This document shows, in pieces, positions 18,244 through 30,865 of a stretch of 64,000 bases of DNA (positions are counted from its first letter, which is position 1; every line of letters begins with the position of its first letter). The notes beneath the pieces are model-generated. The model saw nothing but the letters and a program-made list of their open reading frames with translations. It did no database searches and was not told the DNA's origin. The DNA is from Hormiphora californensis (taxonomy: Eukaryota; Animalia; Ctenophora): assembly GCA_020137815.1 (NCBI GenBank), contig CM035351.1:682001-746000 (forward strand). Reading direction: 5' to 3'. A program made the translations under genes and the position numbers.

Positions 18244-21200
18244 TTAGGAGGAGGAGAGAGCTAGTGAGCTGGGTCGATCCGAGGGAGCTCTTTCAGAGAC
18301 AGAACCCGACAGCTGTGGAAAGGAGGATATTGTTAGCATGCGAGTAACCCAGGCTTGAAAGAGTCTTGCTATTCTAATATTAGGGGGGGGGGGGCATATT
18401 GGACAGCTAAAAGATCCTCACATCAATAAGGGATGATATCATTAATCAGAGTGACTTGAGAGAACCTTTCTAATAACACAAAGTAGTACTCACATCGATA
18501 AGGTCCCGGGATACATTCAGATCAGATCGTGTCCTCTTGTGGATGGGGCTGTTGGTGGTTAGTGTTCCATACTCCGCAGGTTGGACTGGTGTGGACATCC
18601 ACCTCACTAGATCTCCCTCATCTACATTAACATCAGCTGGTCCATCAGCAAAGTTCCTATTAACCATCTCCGGGTCGAGAATTGAGACTCTGTTAATCAG
18701 GTCCATCAATGTGTCAATGAATACCTGTCTGTCTCCCTCAGTGAACGGCTGAAAGGGATGATGTAGGAAACAAAAAGTTGTAGAAGTAGTTTGAAAAAGG
18801 GAACTAGACACTGACAAGGCCAGGAATGGAAGGCATTGCATCAGCCCCCCCCCCCCATCAGCCCCGCATTAAGGGTACACCTGGCGTTTTTCATCATCGA
18901 GTGCCCAACCAAATGACTTCACCAGGGTTTAGGCCATACAAAATGGACTTCAAATATGCAATTTTAGCCCTAAAGTCGAATTCATATTTTTGCTACAGCC
19001 TATTTTCAAAGTGGCGTTTTTTCAATTTTTGTTGAAATTTTTAACCTCAGGACCACTTTTTTTGAGATAGAAACATTAAATTCTTGGAATTTGAAGAGAA
19101 TATAAAGGTGAATAAGCCCAAAGAAGGATTTTTGAAATGGAGCTTATTTCTGGCCATGAGAACGGTTTACTTTTTTGCTTCTTTGACACGCTGGCTGAGA
19201 ATGTTCCCATGCTTCATTAGAGATGAAAATCTGGAAATAGTTGCTCAAAACGATTATCTATGTGGCCCAAAAATTTTGGAACTTTCCCGCCAAAGATGTG
19301 GTGTACAGAGCTTGTTTTGTGAAACCCGTCTTTTTGAAAAAGAGGGAAATTCCATGTATCTCAAAAACGGATGATCGTAGAGACCTGGGACCAAGCTTAA
19401 TCGATTCAGAAGGTCCGATTTTGGGGGGTCTTCTGAGAGACATTTTGCTCCTACTCCAACCGATTTTGCTGTAATTGCAAAAAACCAATTCTATGAAAAG
19501 AGGAAACAACTCTATTCCAGTAGCCTGCTTCGGGCTGATTTCCCCCTTACTTGCTGATACCTTTTTCGCAATTACAGCAAAAACGGTTGGAGTAGGAGCA
19601 AAATGTCTCTCAGAAGACCCCCCCAAAATCGGACCTACTACTACTACTACTACTCTGAGTGCCTGGGCTTGCCTACGGCAAGCCCACAGGGACTATCGCA
19701 AAGCGATATCGCCGGCACTGGAGAAGAGTCCCCCCCGCCCTCTCCCCTCGCATGGAACTACCATCTGGCAGGTTCACAATATAACGGGAGATTTGGAGTG
19801 GGGCTCTTCTCGGGGTTGTTCGAGTCCTGTGTGGTTATTTTTTACAGGAACGTTTATACTTTGATCTTGAACCACAGTTTCGTCTTCAATTTCAATTAAT
19901 CTTTGATACGGGATATGTGAGACCTATCTGTCTGATTAGGTTCAATAAGGTTAGAAGGCTAAACTAGCAAGGATTTGTTCTCAGTCCACAGTTTTGTTTA
20001 GTATGTATATATTGGTGGCGGGTGGGGTGGTTCGGGGTGGGTGGAGGCTAATAGGGCTAGATATTTGGTTGAAAAAGGGATATTCTACTTGAAGGGGAGT
20101 GAGAAAAATAGGGCTAGATATTGGGTTGAATTCTTTTATTGACATAATACCATGTAGAACATGTGTTTAGGTACCAGATATTATCTGTATACAGCCATCT
20201 TAATTCTTGGAGCAGCAAACAGTGGCCTTCTGAATTGCTACTGAAGTAGGAACTGGATGTTGGAAATTAATCAGTTGCGTTGCTGATCACGCGATCTCTC
20301 TTGCATGCAGGGAGAGAGAAGGGAGGAATTATGAGGGGAAATATAGGTCGAGATTAAATAGTTTCTGTTTTCTCCTCTCTCTGTGAGAAAAATAGGGCTA
20401 GATATTGGGTTGAAAAAGGGATATTCTACTTGAAGGGGAGTGAGAAAAATAGGGCTAGATATTGGGTTGAATTCTTTTATTGACATAATACCATGTAGAA
20501 CATGTGTTTAGGTACCAGATATTATCTGTATACAGCCATCTTAATTCTTGGAGCAGCAAACAGTGGCCTTCTGAATTGCTACTGAAGTAGGAACTGGATG
20601 TTGGAAATTAATCAGTTGCGTTGCTGATCACGCGATCTCTCTTGCATGCAGGGAGAGAGAAGGGAGGAATTATGAGGGGAAATATAGGTCGAGATTAAAT
20701 AGTTTCTGTTTTCTCCTCTCTCTGTGAGAAAAATAGGGCTAGATATTGGGTTGAAAAAGGGATATTCTACTTGAAGGGGAGTGAGAAAAATAGGGCTAGA
20801 TATTTGGTTGAAAAAGGGATATTCTACTTGAAGGGGAGTGAGAAAAATAGGGCTAGATATTGGGTTGAAAAAGGGATATTCTACTTGAAGGGGAGTGAGA
20901 AAAATAGGGCTAGATATTGGGTTGAAAAAGGGATATTCTACTTGAAGGGGAGTGAGAAAAATAGGGCTAGATATTTGGTTGAAAAAGGGATATTCTACTT
21001 GAAGGGGAGTGAGAAAAATAGGGCTAGATATTGGGTTGAATTCTTTTATTGACATAATACCATGTAGAACATGTGTTTAGGTACCAGATATTATCTGTAT
21101 ACAGCCATCTTAATTCTTGGAGCAGCAAACAGTGGCCTTCTGAATTGCTACTGAAGTAGGAACTGGATGTTGGAAATTAATCAGTTGCGTTGCTGATCAC

Positions 21201-23512
21201 GCGATCTCTCTTGCATGCAGGGAGAGAGAAGGGAGGAATTATGAGGGGAAATATAGGTCGAGATTAAATAGTTTCTGTTTTCTCCTCTCTCTGTGAGAAA
21301 AATAGGGCTAGATATTGGGTTGAAAAAGGGATATTCTACTTGAAGGGGAGTGAGAAAAATAGGGCTAGATATTGGGTTGAAAAAGGGATATTCTACTTGA
21401 AGGGGAGTGACTGAATCGATTAAGCTTGGTCCCAGGTCTCTACGATCATCCGTTTTTGAGATACAGGGAATTTCCCTCTTATTCAAAAAGACAGGTTTCA
21501 CAAAAAAAGCTCTGTACACCACATCTTTGGCGGGAAAGTTCCAAAATTTTTGGGCCACATAGATAATCGTTCTGAGCAACTATTTCCAGATTTTCATCTC
21601 TAATGAAGCATGGGAACATTCTCAGCCAGCGTGTCAAAGAAGCAAAAAAGTAAACCGTTCTCATGGCCAGAAATAAGCTCCATTTCAAAAATCCTTCTTT
21701 GGGCTTATTCACCTTTATATTCTCTTCAAATTCCAAGAATTTAATGTTTCTATCTCAAAAAAAGTGGTCCTGAGGTTAAAAATTTCAACAAAAATTGAAA
21801 AAACGCCACTTTGAAAATAGGCTGTAGCAAAAATATGAATTCGACTTTAGGGCTAAAATTGCATATTTGAGGTCCATTTTGTATGGCCTAAACCCTGGTG
21901 AAGTCATTTGGTTGGGCACTCGATGATGAAAAACGCCAGGTGTACCCTTAAATCTAGAAGCACCTATATCTGTATTCACCTGTTCGCCGTATCGGGCCCG
22001 TTCATAGACATCCAGTAGAGAGAGACACACATCTGACACTTGACCAAGTGGGGCAGCGGGGCGAGATAGAAGGAATAGGAACTCTCTGACACTCTGATCT
22101 CGCTTCTTCTCCCAGGAGGGCAGTATCTCCGATACTATCCTATCTGGGGCCGGGGGGATGAATATATACATTACTGACGGGAAGGGGGTTAATCTGATAC
22201 TATCCTATTTGGGGGGGATGGGGTGAATATATACATTACGCTCCAGTTGCAGATTGGAGGCTGGCGCCAGTTTCTGGCGCCAGCCTCCAATCTGCAACTG
22301 GCGCAAGCTGGGAGAGTCCCTGTGCGCGCGAAATATCTTCGTTGACTAGCAGGGTTTTCGATGTGATTTGCATCTAGAGTGGCGCGCGCGGCAGTGTCAG
22401 CAGTGTCTGATACTATCCTATCTGGGGGGATTATTAGCTTGTTGGTTATAAAGGTGAAAGAAGGTGTTTAATGCATTAGAAGATTACAGCATGAGTGGAT
22501 AATACGTCACGGAAAATTAATTGGTACATCCGACGTTTCTATAGAGATCGATCATGCATAAAGTTTCACAATCATACAAGTGTGAAATCCGTAATAAAGG
22601 ACTTGGCTCGGGGTGTGGCCCATTATCTCCCACAATCAGCATACTAACTACCAAAATCACGTCAGAACAGTTTGAGGGAAATCAGGTGTGATGATGAGGC
22701 AACAAGGTGTCTCTCATTAGGGGACTACAAAGGGGAAATTATATAGGGGTCACAGTTGCATTAGTTGTGGCAATCTTGTGGGATCTCACAATAGAGCACT
22801 AAGTGACTGGGGGTTACCTAGAGATCTCACACTAGAGCCGACTAAGTGGGGTTACCTAGAGATCTCATGGAGTCCTACCACGATCCACCTCTGCTTCACA
22901 TTCTCACTGATAGACTCTGACGGATCCTCCTCCTCTTGTCCGTCTAGGGAGAGGAACCGGGGCTGGACCTTTATCTCTGATACCCTCTTCATATTAACTT
23001 CTATCTCCTCCCTCATCACCTGTGGAGAGAGGGGGGGATTAGCGTGTGGGGTTAGGGGATTCTAGTATTGAGAAGGTGAACGGTAAAAGGGGGGGGGGGG
23101 GCGTTAACGATTCTAGGGACATGGTATGCATTTATTGCTTAGGTAGGGCTACAAGGAATTTGATGTCAGTGTGTTTTACCCAAACCCAAACAACAAACAG
23201 CTACAATATACCTGTCCAGCGTCCCCTCCTAATGGTGTGTGAGGAACAGGATAGTTAGCTAGTTGAATCCTTCTGTTAGTTCTGTACAGTATCAGCAGGA
23301 TGAAACCACCACACTGATAAATAGAGAGAGAGGTTGTGTGAGGTGGAATTATAGGGAGTTGGGTCTTGGGATGACAACTGCACTATCACGTCCAACTAGA
23401 CCGAGTAATTGAAAGTTCCATTATATGTTAGAGTTAGACAGAATACGGGCAGAATACTCACCATGATTGCGTAAACAGCAATAATCAGAATTATCTGACC
23501 GTTGATCGCCAT
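18244..23512 (-). CDS. C1orf43: NICE-3 (C1orf43) homolog, about 6 exons; 3' end uncertain and one junction has a phase inconsistency
   Basis: MAINGQIILIIAVYAIM/CGGFILLILYRTNRRIQLANYPVPHTPLGGDAGQ/VMREEIEVNMKRVSEIKVQPRFL.../...SVREFLFLLSRPAAPLGQV...LLDVYERARYGEQ/PFTEGDRQVF. This parallels the NICE-3 motifs PHVPVGHNAP, EEIDIRLSRVQDIKYEP and LLDGYETARYG. Confidence 0.85.
18873..21947. mobile_element. Non-autonomous TTAA-targeting element with ~537-bp TIRs (Kolobok-like) carrying a minisatellite
   Basis: ttaa|gggtacacctggcg ... cgccaggtgtaccc|ttaa. TIRs span 18873-19409 and 21411-21947. A purine start with TTAA TSD fits Kolobok better than piggyBac, which starts CCY. Confidence 0.85.
20050..21410. 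repeat. 57-bp minisatellite within a 341-bp higher-order repeat
   Basis: Unit gaaggggagtgagaaaaatagggctagatattgggttgaaaaagggatattctactt. A spacer block recurs at 20271, 20612 and 21181, with periods of 341 and 341+4x57. Confidence 0.92.
22243..22301. repeat. Perfect 28-bp-arm hairpin in a NICE-3 intron
   Basis: ccagttgcagattggaggctggcgccag-ttt-ctggcgccagcctccaatctgcaactgg. Confidence 0.9.
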
Positions 23513-24159
23513 AGCAAAGACACCAGATTCCCTAAAACTCTTCAAGATTCACTTCTTTTTACTTGTACTACAAGTTGTAGAACGCTACGTCATCTCTACA
23601 TGTGTTAAGTCATGCTATGTGAGGTAATGGTTAGATCATTGAGCTGTTATCAGCAATATGGGGGGGGGGGGCGGCGTTCTATTGGGGAGGGGGATTTCGA
23701 TATATCATGTATATGGACACAAGAGCCAAGATTCGCTGATATATTGAACGCTTTACCCAATTCTCACCCCTCACGCACATTCCTGTCTTATCTAATCGTG
23801 TTCCACCCCAATAAAAGCCGTAGTAAGGTTTCACATTTCACAATCTTCTTGCAAAACCCTGCAACTCTCTTATTTGAATTGTCTGAAACTCTGCAACCTC
23901 ACTTTTGGGAGCTCTCTGACTCATTCTACAACTCTATCTCTCCAGTCTCAAACTGCTCGATCGAGTGAATCACAAACTCCTTTTATCAATTTGTCTGGCC
24001 AGTCAGTCTTTGCAACTTCAACTACTCACACCAGACCCGCTACACCCACCCAGCCCACAGAGGAACTACAGCAGCTCTCTTTTGGAATATCTCTCTAGGT
24101 GGCAGCACAGCCCCAGTTACAGTGCTTTATTCTTCTCTCGCTCGGTGTCACTTTTTAAA

Positions 24160-25967
24160 ATGGGTTTTCTAAGATTGGCTTCTCCTGTTCCTTCTAGTGG
24201 TCTCTACTACTCAGGGTATGTACTTTAATTTGTAATTATTTGTTCGTGACACTATTATTGACAATGCAGAAAATACGAATCGTAAATTTAACCGAGAACA
24301 TTTTCACGAATCGCAAATTTTACCGAGAAAATTTTCTCGAATCGCAAACTTAACCGAGAAAGTTTTCACGAATCGCAAATTTAACCGAGAAAATTTTCTT
24401 GAATCGTAAATTTAACCGAGAACATTTTCTCAGATCACAAATTTAACCGAGAAAATTTTCTCGAATCGCAAATTTAACCGAGAAAATTTTCTTGAATCGC
24501 AAATTTAACCGAGAAAATTTTCTCGAATCGTAAATTTAACCGAGAACATTTTCTCGAATCGCAAATTTAACCGAGAAAATTTTCTCGGATCGCAAATTTA
24601 ATCGAGAAAATTTTCTCGAATCGCAAATTTAACCGAGAAAATTTTCTCGAATCGCAAATTTAACCGAGAAAATTTTTTCGAATCGTAAATTTAACCGAGA
24701 AAATTTTCTCGGATCGCAAATTTAACCGAGAAAATTTTTTCGAATCGTAAATTTAACCGAGAAAATTTTCTCGGATCGCAAATTTAATCGAGAAAATTTT
24801 CTCGAATCGCAAATTTAACCGAGAACATTTTCTCGGATTGCAAGTTTAAGCGAGAACATTTTTACGATAAACATTTGTGTCATATTTTGGAGACATTTAG
24901 AATTGTTGTGACATGTTCGTTTTGTTTGTTTGACTCCCTTCCAATGTGTTGTTGAGTAACAAGTCATGTTAGTTCCATGTACAGATACTGGTGAATGATA
25001 TGCGGTGTAGATACAGTCCGCATTGAATATAGACCTCATCGTGTCTATGTGCACTTTTATTATTTATCCGAGATGAGATATTATATACTAATTTAGGCAC
25101 ATTATACACAGTTCATTACTCCCACCGGCACCGACACTCTCCCTCTCTCTATAAACCATTTAGCTGACCCTCCTCCCCCACTATCCAGGAGGCAGAAAGA
25201 AGAACAAGAAGGTGGTGGAGATCACACAACAACAGAACAAGAAAGTAAAACATCAAGAAGTGGTTGAAGTGATACAACAACAAGAAGAGTGTGTGGATAA
25301 AAAGAAGTGGTGCCCCTGTATGGAGGATGACTGCCACAAAGCATCCATTAGGGCCAAGTGCCCCCAGACATGCCACACGTGCGAGTCAGGGCTCTTATCC
25401 GCTAGAGAAACAAGATCGGGTGAAGGTACGTAATACGAGGACAAAACTTTTACATCATGTGCAGGAGGCGAAGTTCTTTTACTCCTTGAACCTGATTTTC
25501 TAACATCTGGTAAATAAAATCGCAACACCCCAATTCCCTCTTTAGAGATTATTCAAGCGATGTTACTGGGTGATAATGAGGAATTTGGGATAACAACTTG
25601 TGCGGGTTTCCCATATCGGAGGATGGATTGTGACTGTCTCTCTATGACATTCAAAAGAACCCTGTCATGTGATAAAGTAGACTACCTACCAGGTTAGCAG
25701 AACTACTATCAAATCGTGTATTGATTGGATGCACGATTTATAAACTCTATTCGTGTCACTTCGTTTGATAACTTAGCAGTTTCTTCCGTTATTCAGAAGA
25801 ATCAGGCGCAATTTTAAACTGATCCCCCTTTCTTATTTCCAGTGTCTGAATCAGCAGTTTGTGCTAAGCATGAGGCCCATTGTTACAATCCAGAGTTACC
25901 ACACGATAGAAGGATGAAACAATGCTGCAAAGCAATCCACTGCTACTTCTCAAAAACACGCTGCTAA
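24160..25967 (+). CDS. Secreted Cys-rich protein 1: signal peptide + ShKT-like domain + 4-Cys module + knottin-like module; exons 24160-24215, 25189-25425, 25546-25692, 25843-25967
   Basis: Exon 1 needs one base removed to read MGFLR-WLLLFLLVVSTTQG. Exon 2 has CVDKKKWCPCMEDDCHKASIRAKCPQTCHTC, exon 3 TTCAGFPYRRMDCDCLSMTFKRTLSC, exon 4 CAKHEAHCYNPELPHDRRMKQCCKAIHCYFSKTRC*. With that correction all introns are GT-AG and phase 1. Confidence 0.82.
24277..24868. repeat. 31-bp tandem minisatellite (~19 copies) in intron 1 of Cys-rich gene 1
   Basis: Unit gaatcgcaaatttaaccgagaaaattttctc, containing the palindrome cgagaaaattttctcg. Confidence 0.95.
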
Positions 25968-26460
25968 AGATCAGAGCTATTATAATTCTCTAAAACTGTT
26001 AAATATTGGTGAAACACACTGGACCACTAAAACTCAATGTTAATTCAGTGGTTTTATATAGATGACGACATTCCCGTTATTTATTCTACAGCCTTATTGT
26101 TATACATAGAAGATATTTGAAAATGCTATTTTATTATTTTCAGCCCTGAACTTTGTCCTGAAATATAAGCTCGATAAATATCACTCTACTGTCTGATGGT
26201 ATCTGTCACACGTCATTAACCACCTCTCTCTTTCTCCCTCCCTCTTTTTCTCCTAACATTAAAACACACCCATTGCACTTAATGGTCCTTGATCGATAGA
26301 GGGGGACTTCTCTTTTCACATACACATATGGTCCCTGACAGTCCTATTATAGGAGGTGCAGGGAGGAGGTTATAAACACACTGTGGACTAGGGTAATTGG
26401 GCAGCGGGCTAAAGAGTTTTTATCGTAGCTAGTCCTCATGAAAGAGAGGGTTAGCTATAG

Positions 26461-26546
26461 GAACCAATCAGAACTCATTATTTAGATCACGTGACTGGTT
26501 ATCAGCCAATCAGGGACCAGTATTTCCTGATTCGGTCGGTTCCTGG
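26461..26546. mobile_element. CCAATCAG/GTCACGTGAC repeat inserted upstream of Cys-rich gene 2
   Basis: Same family as 4172-4258. Flanked by the imperfect duplication gttagctata/gtgagctata. Absent from the paralogous region near 30020. Confidence 0.8.
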
Positions 26547-26627
26547 TGAGCTATAATAATAGTTTATTACTATTAAATTGTGGGAGCACTATATAATATT
26601 ATAGTTTATACTGTGGTTTGTTTCGAC

Positions 26628-27854
26628 ATGTTTCCTGCTGTAATACTTCTCCAGGGGTGGCCCCAGCACGGATTTTTTGGGGGGGTGGTGTGGCCGAAGG
26701 CCACACTTCAACTCCAAACCCAGCGACCGAGGTGCCGCGAAGCGGCGCCGAGGGAGCTGCGGCAGGGGGTTTGGGGGCGCAGCCCCCCAACGGGGTCCAG
26801 GGGCAGAGCCCTTGGTAGGGGCTAGGGGGCGAAGCCCCCGGAAAATTTGAGTTTTTGATGAATTTTAAGCAATCTAGAACAACTTTTTTTAAACAATTTT
26901 CAACGAGTTTCAGTCACAAGGGGCGAAGCCCCCGGAAATTTTGATGAATTAATACAATTTAGAACAATATTTTATCGATTTTCAGCCCTTTGTGGGGGCA
27001 ATTTTTATCCCTTTTAGAAACATTTTTCAATGATGTTCAGCCCCTGGTGTGGGTAAGGGGCGAAGCCCGCGGAAAATTTTAGATTTTGATCAATTTAAAG
27101 CAATTTAGAACAATATTTTAACGATTTTCAGCCCTTGGTGTGGGTTAGGGGCGAAGCCCCCGGAAAATTTTAGATTTTAATCAATTTAAAGCAATTTAGA
27201 ACACATTTTAAAGCTATTTTACCACCCCTGGCAACCCCTGTCTGAAAAGTTTTGGGGGGGTGGCCACCCCCCCACCACCCCAGGCTGGGGCCACCACCTT
27301 ACCTGTAATGGCGAGGAGAAGTAACTTCTCCTCGCCATTACAGGTAAGGTGGTGTGTCTGTTTTCTTATAATCAAGTCGGTATAGTTCCTTTCTACTCTA
27401 TAGTCCACTCCCTCCCCAGGTGCCTGGCCAGTGGCCAGTACATGATGATGATCAAACTAAATGGATACACAACTGTTGTTCTACCCTTTCTCTCAATCAA
27501 ATACTCTCAATTCAATACTCCCCCCAGGGTGTCTGTCTGTGGACAAAATGGTATTTGGTTGTGATACAAGTGATGGATACAGTCAACTATCTTGTAGTTG
27601 TCTCTCAAGTGCATTCACAGATAAAACATGCAGTCCTAATATCAATGGTAATTTAGGAGCAGGGGTGGGAATTATCAATTATGTCCCGCTAAATATCTCT
27701 AATTATGTCTCTAATTATGTCACATGACCCGATACTATATATCTTTCAGCTACAAAGAGGAGCTGCGCCTACTACGAGCATTACTGTTTCAATGGCTATC
27801 CCAGTAAAGTGTTGCAAGGCGCTCAAGTGCTATTCCGCACTAAAGGGGTGCTGA
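26628..27854 (+). pseudogene. Cys-rich knottin-like gene 2 (close paralog of gene 3), disrupted by a transposon in exon 1 and a +1 base in exon 3
   Basis: Exon 1 reads MFPAVILL[insertion 26652-~27298]LAIT. Exon 2 (27528-27647) is GCLSVDKMVFGCDTSDGYSQLSCSCLSSAFTDKTCSPNIN. Exon 3 (27750-27854) is ATKRSCAYYEHYCFNGYPSK(+g)CCKALKCYSALKGC*. Confidence 0.82.
26652..27298. mobile_element. hAT-like non-autonomous element with a damaged right end
   Basis: Left TIR caggggtggccccagc; right end gctggggccacc lacks the terminal cctg. Predicted 8-bp TSD tacttctc. Internal repeats carry ggggcgaagcccc. Confidence 0.8.
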
Positions 27855-28322
27855 TTAACAACCAGAGTTAGTAGTCATGGGAACGGTGAACAACACTGAC
27901 CCGACCAGAGGAGAGATATATACCCTGATTTAAAATATTCGCTTTGAATTCTTTTAACATCAAAAAACCTCTTGTTTTGAAATTTTGAAAACTCGATAAC
28001 TCATTCACATTTCTGAAGCGTCTGCATAGTGTGGGGCCTAACTACGGACAATCACTGTCAGGCCAATGTTCTGACCACAGTTCTCGCGTTATATTATTTG
28101 AGAGAAATGAGAATAGGGTCAGGCCAAAATTCCGACAGGACAATCATCACGAAGAATGATAATATTCATTATGAATCCTACTATAACCGGTGTTAATTAC
28201 CTAATTAATGGGTAATTATTACTACTACTTGCAGCCCACTACAAGGTGGCCCATAGAATATGAGACCGGGGGGACGAGCCGTACCTCCGAAACGGTGATA
28301 GTTGTGCAAAAACACATACAAG

Positions 28323-29174
28323 CCCAGTGTCAAAAAAAAACACGAATATGCGAATCTAATTTCCAATGCTTTTAGAGAAAATAATGCCAAAATAATGCCA
28401 AGCCTAGTTCCCCAATCACACACATTTGTCTGTAAATTACAGTGTAATGTGAACCCAAAACAAGAAATTATACAGCTGTTTCTCCCCTCACTCTCTCCCT
28501 CTCTCCTCTATTCTTCTCTCTCTTTCTCTCTATCTATCTCTCTCTCCCTCTAATTAGCTCGTGCTAATAAGGTACTGTATGGTAGGTATCAGATTTCATG
28601 GGATTCTGAGATTCTAAGGCATTATTTTTGCGCGTTAATTGGGACTCTGAGGGACTCTGGGGCATTATTGGGACTCTGGGGGCATTATTGGGACTCCAGA
28701 ATCCAAATAATGCCCTCCTTAGTTTATCACTCATAACTGTTTTTTAGCTTAAAAACGATTCTACGAGATAGACAAGCATTAAAAGGGTCATATAAAATAA
28801 AATAGGGAGAGTTAATATGTCACAAATTAGAACAATTAACCTATTTTATAATTAACTTAATTAAAAAATTAAATTATTAAAAAATTTTTCTTCAAAATTC
28901 GCCAGATTTTGATTCAAAATGATAGGGAATGGTTCCCTGGGGCTCTATAAAATCATTCCTAGCACTAAATTCATACAAAATTGACAAATTTTAACAGAGT
29001 CTCAAGATGGCATTATTAGGCATTATTTAAACAGATGCCCGAATAAACGAATTAACTGTTAACTAATATCTTCTATGTACTATCTAATATTGCCAACACT
29101 TTTTAGTTAGAAAATAATGCCTTTTTTAAGAAATTTTCAGAGTCTAATGCCTTTCGAAATAAGTTGACACTGGG
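28323..29174. mobile_element. Non-autonomous DNA transposon with 11-bp TIR and 8-bp TSD
   Basis: catacaag|cccagtgtcaa ... ttgacactggg|catacaag. Confidence 0.85.
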
Positions 29175-29431
29175 CATACAAGTACATGCTCAATTTAATT
29201 TTTATGGTGCTCATTGGAAATTCAATCTAAACAAAATGGCTCACTCTCGGGAAATTAGAGTCCTTAATTCATTAATGAACGTGTAAATAAATAAAAATGA
29301 TCTTTTGAAAAAAACACATAATTTGCTTACCAAGGAATTGTCTCAGCACGTTTTTGTACAGCTCGTCTACTTGTCCCCCGGCCTCATAATTTGTGGGCCA
29401 CCTTGTATGTATATATAATAACCTTGAAAGA

Positions 29432-29466
29432 CAATCCACTGCTACTTTTCCAAAACCCACTGCTAA
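29432..29466 (+). pseudogene. Relic 3' end of a gene-1-like knottin exon (IHCYFSKTHC*)
   Basis: caatccactgctacttttccaaaacccactgctaa matches 25933-25967, and is followed by sequence homologous to the gene 1 3' flank. Confidence 0.8.
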
Positions 29467-30082
29467 ATACTTTTCCAAAATACACAGAGCTATTCTTTCT
29501 AAAACTGTTGAATATTTGTGAAACACACTAGACTAATATTAATTCAGTGGTTTATAGATCATTCCCGTTATTTATTCTACAGCCTAATTTGTTATACAGT
29601 CGAACCCCGATTTACCAGGCACCCCGATTTACCAATCAAAACCCTTCCCCCCGGGGTCCGACTGTTCAAGAGATATTTGAAAAAGTTATTTTATTATTTT
29701 CAGCCCACTATATCATAACCTTGTTTTTTGAATATTAGCTCGACAAAGATGACCCCACTGTCTGATATCTGTCACAGGTCATTACTCTCTCTCTCTCTTT
29801 CTCCCTCCCCCCTCTCTCTTCACATTAAACACTCCCACTGCAGATATGGTCCCTGATCGATAGAGAGGGGTGTGACCGAGGACACAGATGGCTCCTGATA
29901 AGACGTGGGAGGAGGTATAACGGCTCTAAACACACTGTGGACCAGGGTAATTGGGCAGCGGGCTAAAGAGTTGAGTCCTCATGGGAGGGAAGAGACACAG
30001 AGTGACAGAGCTGAGTGAGTGGGCTATATAATAGTTTATTACTGTTGAATTGTGTGTTGTGAGTCTGCACGTTCATTTCGTC

Positions 30083-30865
30083 ATGTTTGCCGCTGTAATA
30101 CTTCTCCTTGCCATTACAGGTAACTAGTTGTAAGAGGTGTTGTACAAGTCTTGTAGGTCTGTGGCGGTGAGTCTATTTTTTCTATGAAATTCACGGGTGG
30201 ATTCCCATTTCTCAACAATCCATCATTTACTCTAGTTCAGTGCCCCTTTTACCACGTCTCTATTATACTGTCCCATCCTTGCCTTGCTCGATCCTCTTTT
30301 CGTGCGCTCCGGAGGGTTAAAACAAGGTACGTCCCCAATTCAACACCCAGGCTAGCCTAACTCTTTTCCCCAGGGTGCCTGTCCCAGAACAGGATGTTAT
30401 CAACTTGTGATACAAGTGACGGATACAGTCAACTATCCTGCAGCTGTCTCTCCAGTTCATTCATAGCTAAAACATGCAGTTACAGTCTCAAAGGTAATTT
30501 AGGGGGGGGGGGTATATTTGAGTGACCACTTATTCAACACGGTGTTTTTGGTGGGAATTATGTCACATTATCCACTAAAATTTACTATTTGAGCCAGGCA
30601 TCGCAAAAGTGATTTGCAATGCAAATTACCCGAGCTACAGTAATACGCGATACTGTCAGTATCAAACCAAACCAAACCCGCTAAATATCTCTAATTGTGT
30701 CACATGACCCGCTAAATATCTTTCTTTCTCCAATCCAATCCAAATCATAAATATCTTTCAGCTGCCAAGAGGAGCTGCGCCTACTACGAGCATTACTGTT
30801 TGAATGGCTATCCCAGTAAATGTTGCAAGGCGCTCAAGTGCTATTCCGCAGCAAAGGGATGCTGA
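30083..30865 (+). CDS. Secreted Cys-rich knottin-like peptide precursor 3 (86 aa); exons 30083-30119, 30374-30493, 30762-30865
   Basis: MFAAVILLLAITGCLSQNRMLSTCDTSDGYSQLSCSCLSSSFIAKTCSYSLKAAKRSCAYYEHYCLNGYPSKCCKALKCYSAAKGC*. Intact frame (37+120+104 nt) with canonical splice sites. Confidence 0.9.

Noticed and set aside
20271-21579. ORFs with 19-aa repeats (PFFNPISSPIFLTPLQVEY)
   Set aside because: These are translations of the 57-bp minisatellite inside a transposon, with no splice or domain support.
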